A stretch of DNA of 64,000 nt, taken from assembly GCF_008831285.2 (NCBI RefSeq), contig NC_045138.2, positions 37,820,001-37,884,000 on the forward strand, given 5' to 3'. This DNA is from Nymphaea colorata (taxonomy: Eukaryota). A program made the position numbers and the translations under genes. Below the pieces are notes generated by a model, which saw nothing but the letters and a program-made list of their open reading frames with translations, searched no databases and was not told where the DNA came from. The stretch's first letter is position 1. Each line of letters opens with the position of its first letter. Of the stretch, positions 40,160 to 51,516 are shown one piece after another.

Positions 40160-41035
40160 ACTTATACAACAGTTTTTTTTTAACTTGCTAACATGAGATT
40201 CTTGGCAAAAGTAACTGGGAATTGCACTCTTTTCACCTTTAATAGACTTTTTCGTGAAAGTTTCAAGCTGGGGGCTTTCCAAATTTTAGTTTATTTCTAA
40301 AATGATCTTTGTTCTCTTCTTCCTGTATGCAGAATCTCAAGCTTACTTTGATTGTTCATGATTCTTAGGCATTCGTAAGCCCTAACCAATCTTTATCCGT
40401 TGAGGTGAATGATGTTCATAAACTGTAAATTTATTTCCTTCTTGTGGGTTAATGCTTTTGCAAGGCCAAAAGCAAGTCTTTAAACTTCTAAGCAAGGATT
40501 AGCTCCATTAATCCAACAGATCTCTATTCTCTAGGGAGCTCACATCCTTGGAGAATGATGCTCTCAGATGCAGCTCAAAAAATGTTGTTAAACTATGCTC
40601 AAGAGTAAGAAACCAGCTTGTTGTAGCTAATTAGGGAAGCATAAAAAATTGGACATCATTCTGGTGGGTTGAACTTGTTCTTGACAAAAGGATATAAAAG
40701 TTGCGCATTGTTAGTCGAAAACATCTCTCCAGCTTTTCAAAATCAAGTTGACCTTTTCTTGTCAACCATCTAATGAGTTGATTCAGATTGTAAGGATGCT
40801 GATATTTAACAGTTTGTTTCCATTGATTACCCTGCAAGACAAAAGGAAGAGTATGAAGTGTTGAACGCATCCTCGCCACTAGGGAAAAAAAAAAAAGAGA
40901 TGCGACTAAACAGAAGAATTGTGGCAATTAACCAAAAAAAATGAATCCCATTAAAAGTATTATTGGATCAACTTTGAAGGCAGACGCATCTCTCCTTCTT
41001 ACAGAAAAGTGCAATAACAGAGGATTAAATGTTTC
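40160..41035 (+). repeat. Segment duplicated at ~48998-49898; degenerate unidentified coding-like sequence on the minus strand
   Basis: gaattgcactcttttcacctttaatagactttttcgtgaaagtttcaagctg ... acagaaaagtgcaataacagaggattaaatgtttct occurs in both places. Confidence 0.88.
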
Positions 41036-42417
41036 TTTTCCTCTAATTGTCATCCCTTAAAAGGCTGTCTCATGAATTTGCCCCCCCAAAAAATGGCAGA
41101 TTCATAAACCTTATAACATCCTGCTCCATGAATATTTTTTGGGTAGATTCATTGGACAAGAACAGTATCTTACTGCTGCAACACGGCCCATTGGCAGACC
41201 TCCCTCAGGTTATAGGATCAGAGACGCTCCTGAAGCAAAAGGGTTGTATCTTGAGTGTCAAGCTCTTGACGTTCTTCACCTGGAGGGTCTTAAATACAAC
41301 ACCAATATATGGACGAAGCTCTTATTGCAGAGAAATTATTTCCTTCCTTTTCTTTCATCTCTTACGTCAAATAATCTTCAAGGTTAGGACACGCAGGTGC
41401 GAATGACTAAGACCAAGTAAGCAGTTTATCACCATTTAATCGATTTAACTACCACCCATTTGGGCTAGTTCTGTTTCAAATGCGGAATTCTATATTCTCA
41501 AGCGAAAGGATGTTCTAATTCACAAGGCGCGCTGTAGTGATATGAAGTGCTCCGGGACAATCTGCCATCTTGTATGAGAAACTGGTTTTGGTTAATTTTT
41601 TGCATCGATGGGTTCTGGAAGTTGGCTGGCAAAGATGCTTATGATCATGAGAAACCATTGATCGCAAACGACGGACAAATAATTGTCTTCCATTTCAATA
41701 TTGTAAAGATCGGTTTACATCTCATATCAGGTTTCCAATGTACCATATCAGCCGATATGGCGACACACATCCCACTTGTATCAGTTCATATCAGGCATTT
41801 TTAGAATATGAAAAACAATTATTATTATTAACATATTGGAGCTGAATTAGCCAATATAACCAATTTGTATCACGATATGAACCGATGTTGATAACATTAG
41901 TCCATGCATGATTTTCTAGATTTCTTTCTTGTGTTGGCACTAACAACCAGCTGATCAAGCATCTATTCCTTTTAAAGATCAGGGTCCACCATTCACGGAG
42001 GTTTATTGAGCGTGGATGGTCGCTAATCACATGCTGCGATTATTCATGAAAGACGTTGCCAACCAGATGATCGGACTTCTACTTAAGCCCCTCTTTAATT
42101 TATTGGTTGGAAGTAAAGTAGATTAACCCCAATGGGCGTGTCCATGGACAAAGCACTCGTCATAAAATTCTGATAGCTTTAAGTTCAGTAGGAAGATGCT
42201 GATTGCCCTTTACTTCCAAAACCCTCCACGGGGCTATGTCAGTGTCACATACATATATTATGTTGTAAGAGAACGAAATATTCCATTGACGATGAGTGCC
42301 AGAAATCCGGCATCAAGAATAATGGTGCATATACATTCACTAGCAGTGAACACCTCGGTGAATGACAAGGAAGAACACAAGCCCGATAAAGCAAGAAAAG
42401 TTTTTTCCCTCTGTAAG

Positions 42418-44735
42418 TCAAAGCGAGCGACAATCTTGAACTCAGTTAAGCAGGATTGCAGTATCTTCTGCCTCATCTGCAGGGACTCCCTCTCGTTGCG
42501 GACCATGTCAACAGAACCTTTCATCATTCACAGCAAACAAGTCCAAACCCAAAGCCACCATCAACCTGTCTCGGCTGCCCAACACAAAAGCACAAGCTGC
42601 ACAAGAAGTATGAGAAAGGGTAGATGAGAAAGGGTAGAAATGTTGTGCAAGATATAAACTCTGAAGATTCCAAAGCTCACCATGGAGTTAGGAATCCAGA
42701 ATTCAGAGTTGACGGCAGGCTTCGCTCAATAAGAACTTCTCTGATTCTGGCAAAATGCTGAGAAGCAGCGCCGCAGACTTCAGAGTATGGTGAACCTGTT
42801 CTTGAAGCGTGGTCGTTTGCACCACCAAACAAGTTCCCTTTTCGTTGGTGAAGATCCAAAGAGGTGGTGTTGCTTGGCATAATCCATATGTGCCGTTTCC
42901 TCATTCCAGGCTCAGCATGGTTGCCATGGTCCTTCTTCTTGCCTGCACCCACTGGCTAACCGGATTGGTTACGAATAGTCATTTGGCTCTCGCTTAGGAC
43001 TTCCTTATCTGATGATTTTCCTGGTGTATTCTGCGGAGGGGCATTGGCTTTTGGAGGTTGATTCCCCTGATCATCCATCCCATTGTCTTGACTCTTGAGC
43101 AATCCTGCCTGACAGGTGGACACCAAAAAGCGTTAAAGTTGCATCTGTGAATTGAAGTTGCACCAAATGCAGAAGTTCCAAATGAATCACTATCATAGTA
43201 GCAGATTTGAGAGTATGGGCTTGTGAGTGAATCAAAGTGGTGACGAACTAGCTGCTTGCATTGCTTTGCTAAGTCATGAATGAACTGATTGTATGAATGC
43301 CGAAGCGCCGCATGAAAACCAACATAACCGTCCATGCTTCCCTTCCATCTTCCATCTGCTCATTTGAGAAATAAAATGGCCTTCGTAAGGAAAAAATGAA
43401 ACCAGTCCATTCACCCATGAAGATAAAATTGTGAATGAAAGCTACCAACTGTACCATCTAAAGATTCATTGTTCTTGTTACGTTCAGCAGCAAGGTCAAA
43501 AAGGTTCCTCAAGACATACGCAAGCCGCACGCAGTGTCCAAGAGAGGAGCGAACCATGACCGAGCTGCTGCACGAGCTGCACCTTCCACTCCCCCACCCC
43601 CACCTCTACCAGCATGGGCGAGCAAAATGCAACCTGTAGCACAAAGAGCATTAGAAGTTAATACACATTTTAAATCATCACAAATTATGAATGTTTCTAA
43701 TCGGAAAACCTACCTTCTCCCTTGACACTGTCGGGCATTCTATAGAATGGGTAGCACATCTGAACTCATGCATTACCCTCTCGAATGCAGCTCCACCATA
43801 AAGCTTCTTCAACAACTCCAGGCCAACTTCCAAAGCCACTTTCAAGTCGTTCTTCATCAGTTGTTTTCCCCCATTCCTCTGGGGCAGGGTCAGCGGCTCC
43901 ATTGATCAATGCCCACTATGTTAAGCAAAGAAATGCCAAAAAGTAACAAATTTGCTGGTTAAAGCTTCTGCCAACAACGATAAAAAAAATACGTACCACA
44001 TGTCTACTAATAGAAGCAGCATGTAGCATTGTCAATCTCCAGAGAGAAGCAACATCAGAAGTAGCCTGCAGCTTGATACCAGCTCGAGCTAGCACAACTG
44101 CAACTTCAACACAACGTTGTTCTAGTAAGTCAAGAGTTGCAGGAGCAACCTCCTTGTATCTCCGACTCCAAGTAATCTCTTAGGTGTCCAAAACCAATGA
44201 AAGATCCATACTTCTCTTCATCAAACCCTCCCTTAACACTTCCACGAAGATGATGAACAATGTCCGAGTCAACTTGGGGGATCTGCCTGCGAAATTCTTT
44301 CTTTTGGCAATGCCATAAAAAAAGGTTGAGTACTGTCACCAAGGTAACCACTTGCAATTAAACATCGATCAACTTCCCATCTATCAATGAATTCTTGAGA
44401 CCATATTGTTAGTCTCAGAACTGGTGAACTAAAGCCACCATTTTCATAATTCAGCAACTGACAACATTTCATTATCCCTTTGATGCATGAAATGGAGATG
44501 AACTCAAGACTCGAAATACCTTCAGTCTATTGTCAAACTTGGAAACAACAACTATTGTGTGGCGCGGAGTGGGATCAACTTCAAACAACATCTAACCATA
44601 GTGAAGAACACCATTCAACACTGCTCTGTTGGAGGAACAAGAGCAGTCGATGTGGAGGAGCTGCCAGTGCATTAACCATAGACAAAATCTCATCAGGAGT
44701 GCTATCTGGTTCTCTTTTCTTTGCCTTGATGAATT
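42418..44735 (-). pseudogene. DRP5A: DRP5A pseudogene B, 3' part (exon 3 to last exon)
   Basis: Paralogous to 18331-20520 with the same introns. MDGYVGFHAALRHSY.., QHFARIREVLIERSLPSTLNSGFLTP, QKILQSCLTEFKIVAR; many small deletions and frameshifts. Confidence 0.9.
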
Positions 44736-45128
44736 AACCAGATGTAAGTCAAAACAAAGGAAAACAACAAGATTAAACAGAAGTGGCCCTTAAGTAATAT
44801 CATTTCTTTATGGAGATTGGCAATGCTACATGTTGCTTCTATTAGTAGACATGTGATATGTATTCTCTTTATCGTTGTTGGCAGAAGCTTTAAAGTTTAA
44901 CCAGCAACATGATTGTAATTGTTTGACTTTGAATTGGACATTTCATTGTCATGGTTGTAGCCGTTAGGGTCGGGCATTTCAGTGTTGTTGAACTTGCCAT
45001 AGGTTGCACACTTGAATTTGGCGTTTGAGTGTTGTTGGACTTGCCATAGATGTGCACGCATGAATTTGGATTGCACTTTCCATTGTAGTCGTGAGTCAGC
45101 AAATCTTCTTCTTTAACAGTAGCGACCC

Positions 45129-46270
45129 ATGGGAATCAGCAGCCCGCTAGCAACGCCCACAAAAACCCCCAAACCAGAAATCTAGGAGGCAACAACCCTG
45201 TCCAGGAGGCCCAAGCCAAGGCTATGGAGCCGCCGTCGACAGAATCTTTCAGGTCTAGGTTCGAGGCTTACAACCGATTGCAGGGTGCTGTTGTTGCGTT
45301 TGGCGAGAAGCTGCCCATTCCGGAGATCGTCGCCCTCGGCAAGCAATCTGATGGGAAGAGCTCCTTTCTTGAAGCGCTCCTAGGGTTCAGATTCAATGTA
45401 CGAGAGGTGGAAATGGGAACCCGCAGGCCTCTGATTCTCTAGATGGTTCACGAACCGTCTGCTTTGGAACCAAGGTGCCGCTTCCAGGTGCGTTAATCGT
45501 GGACATCCAAGGTCATTGGTCTCTTTCTTTTTGGGTTAAATGCAAGTGTGAGTTCAAGGGTTTCCTTTTCGTCATCATAGGCACCATACCAAGAAAATTG
45601 GTTCTATTGGCATGAAAAAAGTGATGATAAAATTCAACATCTTTCAGTTGTTAAGTATGAAATGCCTCGTGATTTATTTTGGTCATTTCATTTGAAGGTG
45701 TTATTGTCGTATTGCCCTATGTTAAGTGAAAATAAGGGTTTTAGGTTTTGTTATTCTTAATTAAAGCAGAGTTCATGATATTTCAGTTTTGAAATTCTTA
45801 CTTTCATTGATCTTGTATACATTATGAATCAACAATTGCCAAAGCAACATCTGTTTCATTTTTGCGCTTAGTTATTTACAAATCTTGTCTTAAATTTGAT
45901 GTCTCACTGCAATTATCATCGATGCTCCAGTTTCGTAGCTTAGCTATTTGCTTAAGACTATATTGTATGCGTGCAATGTTTTTCTTGTATAACATTTTTA
46001 GTGTTGCTGTTATGTCCTATGAAACAGTTTAAGAATCATGGCAAAACAAAGAACTTTTATTCGTTGATGACAATCCAAGCTATCTGCCAATGGAGACAAA
46101 TGTGTATTTTTCTATAATTTGAGACCCTGAATGCATGAAGAGAATTCTAATGAAGTCCAATTGTCTCATTTTCGGCCATCACAAAAGTTATCAAGTGTAG
46201 AACTGATTCACATTTGAAAAAGTCTAAAACTACAGTTTCTCCGAAGTCTATCGTGATGAGAGCATAATAT
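45129..46270 (+). pseudogene. DRP5A: Inverted copy of DRP5A exon 1 (45129..45487), intron 1 and partial exon 2 (left arm of the palindrome)
   Basis: ORF 45224-45442 differs by one residue from the minus-strand ORF 47121-47339 and has the same premature TAG (45440-45442). ATG at 45129 (MGISSPLATPTKTP) is frameshifted relative to the GTPase domain. Confidence 0.88.
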
Positions 46271-46285
46271 ACCAATTATGCTCTC

Positions 46286-47434
46286 ATATTCTGCTCTCAT
46301 CAGAATAGGCTTCAAAAAAACTGCAGTTTTAATCTTTTTCACATGTGAATCAGTTCTAGACTTGATAACTTCTGTGATGGCCGAAGATGAGACAATTGGA
46401 CTTTCATATTCATCAGAATCCTCTTCATGCATTCAGGGTCTCAAATTATAGATGAAGACACATTTGTCTCCATTGGCAGACAGCTTGGATTGTCATCCAC
46501 GAATAAAAGTTCTTGTTTTGCCATGATTCTTAAACTGTTTCATAGGACATAACAGTAGCACTAAAAATGTTATACAAGAAAAACATTGCACGCATACAAT
46601 ATAGTCTTAAGCAAATAGCTAAGCAACGAAACTGGAGCATCGATGATAATTGCAGTGAGACATCAAATTTAAGACAAGATTTGTAAATAACTAAGCGCAA
46701 GAATGAAATAGATGTTGCTTTGGCAATTGTTGATTCATAATGTATACAAGATCAATGAAAGTAAGAAGTTCAAAACTGAAATATCATGAACTCTGCTTTA
46801 ATTAAGAATAACAAAGCCTAAAACCCTTATTTTCACTTAACATAAGGCAATATGACAATAACACCTTCAAATGAAATGACCAAAATAAATCACGAGGCAT
46901 TTCATAGATAAACTTAACAACTGACAGATGTTGAATTTTATCATCACTTTTTTCATGCCAATAGAACCATAAGGTATGGTTCCTATGATGACGAAAATGA
47001 AACCCTTGAACTCACACTTGCATTTAACCCAAAAAGAAAGAGACCAATGACCTTAGATGTCCACGATTAACGCACCTGGAAGCGGCACCTTGGTTCCAAA
47101 GCAGACAGTTCGTGAACCATCTAGAGAATCAGAGGCCTGCGGGTTCCCATTTCCACCTCTCGTACATTGAATCTGAACCCTAGGAGCGCTTCAATAAAGG
47201 AGCTCTTCCCATCAGATTGCTTGCCGAGGGCGACAATCTCCGGAATGGGCAGCTTCTCGCCAAACGCAACAACGGCACCCTGCAATCGGTTGTAAGCCTC
47301 GAACCTAGACCTGAAAGATTCTGTCGACGGCGGCTCCATAGCCTTGGCTTGGGCCTCCTGGACAGGGTTGTTGCCTCCTAGATTTTTGGTTTGGGGGTTT
47401 TTGTGGGCATTACTAGCGGGCTGCTGATTCCCAT
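46286..47434 (-). pseudogene. DRP5A: DRP5A pseudogene B, 5' part: exon 1 (47434..47076) and partial exon 2 (~46430..46286), right arm of the palindrome
   Basis: SRFEAYNRLQGAVVAFGEKLPIPEIVALGKQSDGKSS..REVEMGTRRPLIL*MVHE..EPRCRFQ|gt (dynamin G1/G2 motifs, premature TAG). Exon 2 EEDSDEYESPIVSSSAITEVIKSRT..KPILMRAEY. Confidence 0.9.
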
Positions 47435-47819
47435 GGGTTGCTACTGTTAAAGAAGAAGATTTGCTGACTCACGACTACAATGGAAAGTGCAATCCAAATT
47501 CATGCGTGCACATCTATGGCAAGTCCAACAACACTCAAACGCCAAATTCAAGTGTGCACACCTATGGCAAGTTCAACAACACTGAAATGCCCGACCCTAA
47601 CGACTATAACCATGACAATGAAACGTCCAATTCAAAGTCAAACAATTACAATCATGTTGCTGGTTAAAGCTTCTGCCAACAACGATAAAGAGAATATATA
47701 TCACATGTCTACTAATAGAAGCAACATGTAGCATTGCCAATCTCCGGAAAGAAATGATATTGCTTAAGGGCCACTTCTGTTTAATCTTGTCGTTTTCCTT
47801 TGTTTTGACTTACATCTGG

Positions 47820-48397
47820 TTAATTCATCAAGGCAAAGAAAAGAGAACCAGATAGCACTCCTGATGAGATTTTGTCTATGGTTAAGGCATTGGCAGCTCC
47901 TCCACATCGACTGCTTTTGTTCCTCCAACAGAGCAGTGTTGAATGGTGTTTTTTCACTATGGTTAGATGTTGTTCGAAGTGTTGATCTCACTCTACGCTA
48001 CACAATAGTTGTTGTTTCCAAGTTTGACAATAGACTGAAGGTATTTCGAGTCTTGAGTTCATCTCCATTTCATGCATCAAAGGGATAATGGAATGTTGTC
48101 AGTAGCTAAATTATGAAAATGGTGGCTTTAGTTCACCAGTTCTGAGACTAACAATATGGTCTCAAATAGGAATTCACTGATAGATGGGAAGTTGATCGAT
48201 ATTTAAGCGCAAGTGGTTACCTTGGTGACAGTACTCGACCCCTTTTGTGGCATTGCCAAAAGACAGAGCTGTTACTTCGAATGAAGAATTTTGCAGGCAG
48301 ATCCCCTAAGTTGACTCGGACATTGTTTATCATCTTCGTGGAAATGTTAAAGGAAGGTTTGAGGTAGAGAAGTATGGATTTTTCATTGGTTTTGGAC
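47820..48397 (+). pseudogene. DRP5A: Inverted copy of DRP5A exon 3 and part of exon 4
   Basis: Reverse complement of ~44186-44740 (gaaccagatagcactcctgatgagattttgtctatgg...; gacaatagactgaag|gtattt; gagaagtatggatttttcattggttttggac). Confidence 0.85.
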
Positions 48398-48995
48398 TTT
48401 CATAATCATCAGAATCCTCTTCATGCATTCAGGGTCTCAAATTATAGATAAAGACACATTTGTCTCCATTGGCAGACAGCTTGGATTGTCATTAACGAAT
48501 AAAAGTTCTTGGTTTTGCCATGATTCTTAAACTGTTACATAGGACATAACAGCAGCACTAAAAATATTATACAAGAAAAACATTGCACGCATACAATATA
48601 GGCTTAAGCAAATAGCTAAGCAACGAAACTGGAGCATCGATGATAATTGTAGTGAGACATCAAATTTAGGACAAGATTTGTGCATAACTAAGTGCAAGAA
48701 TGAAACAGATGTTGCTTTGGCAATTGTTGATTCATAATGTATACAAGATCAATGAAGGTAAGAAGTCAAAACTGAAATATCATGAACTCTGCTTTAATTA
48801 AGAATAACGAAGCATAAAACCCTTCTTTTCACTTAACATAAGGTAATACGACAATAACACCTTCAAATGAAATGACCAAAATAAATCACGAGGCATTTCA
48901 TAGATAACTTAACAACTGAAAGATGATGAATCTTATCATCACTTTTTTCATGCCAATAAAACCAATTTTATTGGTATGGTTCCTATGATAATGAA
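48398..48995 (-). repeat. Third copy of DRP5A intron 1 / exon 2 edge (direct repeat of ~46402-47000)
   Basis: tttcata(a/t)tcatcagaatcctcttcatgcattcagggtctcaaattatag... through ...ggtatggttcctatgat is colinear with 46402-46990. Confidence 0.88.
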
Positions 48996-50134
48996 AACTT
49001 ATACCACAGATTTTTTTTTTTAACTTGCAAACACGAGATTCATTTTCTTGGGGAATTGCACTCTTTTCACCTTTAATAGACTTTTTCGTGAAAGTTTCAA
49101 GCTGCGGGCTTTCCAAATTTTAGTTTATTTCTAAAATGATCTTGTTGTCTTCTTCCCATATGCAGAATCTCAAGCTTAATTTGATTCGTTCATGAATCTG
49201 AGGCATTCGTAGGCCCAACCAATCTTTATCTGTTGAGGTGAAAGAAATGTTCATAAACTGTAAATTTATTTCCTTCTTGTGGGTTAATGCTTTTGCAAGG
49301 CCAAAAGCAAGTCCACAAACTTCTAAGCAAGGACTAGTTTCATTAATCCAACAGATCTCTATTCTCTAGGGAGCTCACATCCTTGGATAATGATGCTCTC
49401 AGATGCAGATCAAAAATATGTTGTTAAACTATGCTCAAGAGTAAGAAGCCAGCTTGGTGTACATTGCTAATTAGGGAAGCATAAAAAATTGGACATGATT
49501 CTTTTGTTTCAATCGGCAAGCTGGTGGGTTGAACTTGTTCTTGACAAAAGGATATAAAAGTTGCGGATTGTTACTCAGAAAGATATCTCAAGGTTTTCAA
49601 AATCAAGTTGACCTTTTCTTGTCAACCATCTAATGAGATATGAACTTATTCAGATTGTAAGGATGTTCATAGTTCAACAGTTTGTTTCCATTGATTACCC
49701 TGCAAGACAAAAGGAAGAGTATGAAGTGTTTAACAGCTCCTCATGACTAGGAAAAAAAAGAAAGAGATACGACTAAACTGATAAATTGTGGCAGTTAGCC
49801 AAAAAAACGAATCCCATTAGAAGTATTATTGGATCAACTTTGAAGACAGACATCTCTCCTTGTTACAGAAAAGTGCAATAACAGAGGATTAAATGTTTCT
49901 GCATTCCACAAAAGATACATACAAAAGGAAGATTTTCACTTATATGAAAAACAAAAATGTTCTCAGAAGTTTTCTCTGAACGAAAGATGTAAATTGAGAT
50001 CTTGCATGAAACTAACCACATTTACCTCAAAATATCTTGTTTCCATGGTCAGTCATGGGAGGTTGTACCAAACCAGAAGACTGAAATAAATTAGGGTTGT
50101 CAAATCATGGGGCCGAATGCCCATTTGGTGATTT

Positions 50135-51516
50135 GGAGATGTTCTTTCATTATCTAGAATGGATATTTGGAATTTGATACGGGAACATAATATTAGTCAG
50201 AACTGGAGGGGGAACATTTGGACTAATGCCTGCCTGCCCCGCTACAAATGGATTCTTTCTCTGGCTTGTTCAAATAGACTGCCCTGCCAAGACTGCATGA
50301 AAAGCCTTGGATCCATTTCCCTAGTCGCTGTGCTTCTTGTTGCAAAGCTGAGGAGGATCTCTGTCACTTATTCTTCAATTGTAATTTTGCTGCCAATGTT
50401 TGGCTTCTAATCATGAAGAAATTCAATAAGCGACGCCCTCCCCACTCCTGGGTCATTAATGAATTCAAAGATGGAACACTACCTCTTTTAAGAGGGGTTG
50501 GCTTAGTAAGTATTGGACTCAACTTTTCCCACTATCATCTCGAAAATTTCGAGTGGCACCAAGATTGCTGCTTGTCCCTAGTTCAGTTCAAGCACACGGT
50601 GTGGAAAGCTTGTGTTGATACCATTCTTGCTCAAGATTGGAAAAAAAAAAGGGAAAAAGGTTCTCTGGTGGATTAAATATAATGTCAGTGCTGAACCAAG
50701 GTTCCATCTTTCCAGTTGTGAGTTCTTTGTCCCCATGCTTACTGTTTCTATTGAAGGTAGGCTCGCAAATCGGGGTGGCCATCACTAACTCTAAAGATAC
50801 TCTCATCTATAGCAGAGCCTTCACTGATCTAGAAGATGCCATACTTCCTGAAATGAAAACTCTTCAAAATTGTATCCAGCAATTTTCTTCCACTGTTGGC
50901 ACCATTGCTATTTGTTTCTAACCGACAATGGACTGATTCTCTAAGACGATGTTTGGAGGGCAGCTGCTTCCTTCTTCAGCGATATCTGCTGTTGGACGCC
51001 ATGGCTCCTAAGCTTCAGGTGTATGCAGGGTTTTTACCTGGTTCCACCATTGAGAGGTTGATGTCTCTCATTGGTTGAAGGATCCAGCAATGTATCTTCA
51101 TCAGGATGCTCCATAGCGCCTCAAGATTTGCAATGGATTGGAGTTGGAAGACGCAAATGATGCTTTCGTTTGGCTTTGATAACAACGTCAGTAATGAGGT
51201 TAATTGTAGTTCTAACTGTGGGCTTTTTTCTTTAGCTATTACGCTCCACCTCTTGGTTTTGCTGGTTGTTTATCGACTACTCACCCAAAGTTCACAGTCC
51301 TTTTTCCGATGCGCACAGCTGTATCTCTCTTTTATTTAGAGCTTTTGAATTGTTCTTCCTTTTCAGCCCATTTTGGAGCCGAATTGGTTTTTTTTCACAG
51401 CACTTTAATTTTGTCCCTGTAGTGCTGTGGAATTCTAAAGTTTTGTAATCATTGTACATTCAGCTCATTTTTGTTGAATGAAGGTTGGGAGAGCTCTCTC
51501 GCGCAGTCTCACATTG
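50135..51516 (+). mobile_element. 5'-truncated L1-type LINE remnant (zf-RVT/CCHC region and 3' end)
   Basis: IWTNACLPRYKWILSLACSNRLPCQD then, after a frameshift, PSRCASCCKAEEDLCHLFFNCNFAANVW (CX2C..HX4C of plant L1 ORF2). Flanked by the perfect 20-bp direct repeat GAATGCCCATTTGGTGATTT (50115-50134, 51517-51536). Confidence 0.85.

Larger units (their letters stand above)
44186..48397. repeat. ~4.2 kb inverted repeat/palindrome, arms ~2.1 kb (44186-~46270 and ~46277-48397), spacer ~10-15 nt
   Basis: Arms are colinear reverse complements at every point checked: ends gtccaaaaccaatgaaa / tttcattggttttggac, exon 1 pair, intron 1 pair, exon 2 pair. Centre atgagagcata-taataccaat-tatgctctcat (46256-46287). 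Confidence 0.93.

Noticed and set aside
41047..42400. Short ORFs between the 40 kb repeat and the DRP5A-B 3' end
   Set aside because: No recognisable motif or splice structure; cannot be supported without a database search.
45224..47339. Two 72-aa DRP5A ORFs as functional microproteins
   Set aside because: They start at an internal Met after a frameshift and end at a CAG>TAG lesion; the P-loop is altered. Best read as pseudogene exon 1.
40160..49898. Flanking 0.9 kb direct repeats as LTRs
   Set aside because: No TG..CA ends, PBS, PPT, TSD or gag/pol sequence seen.
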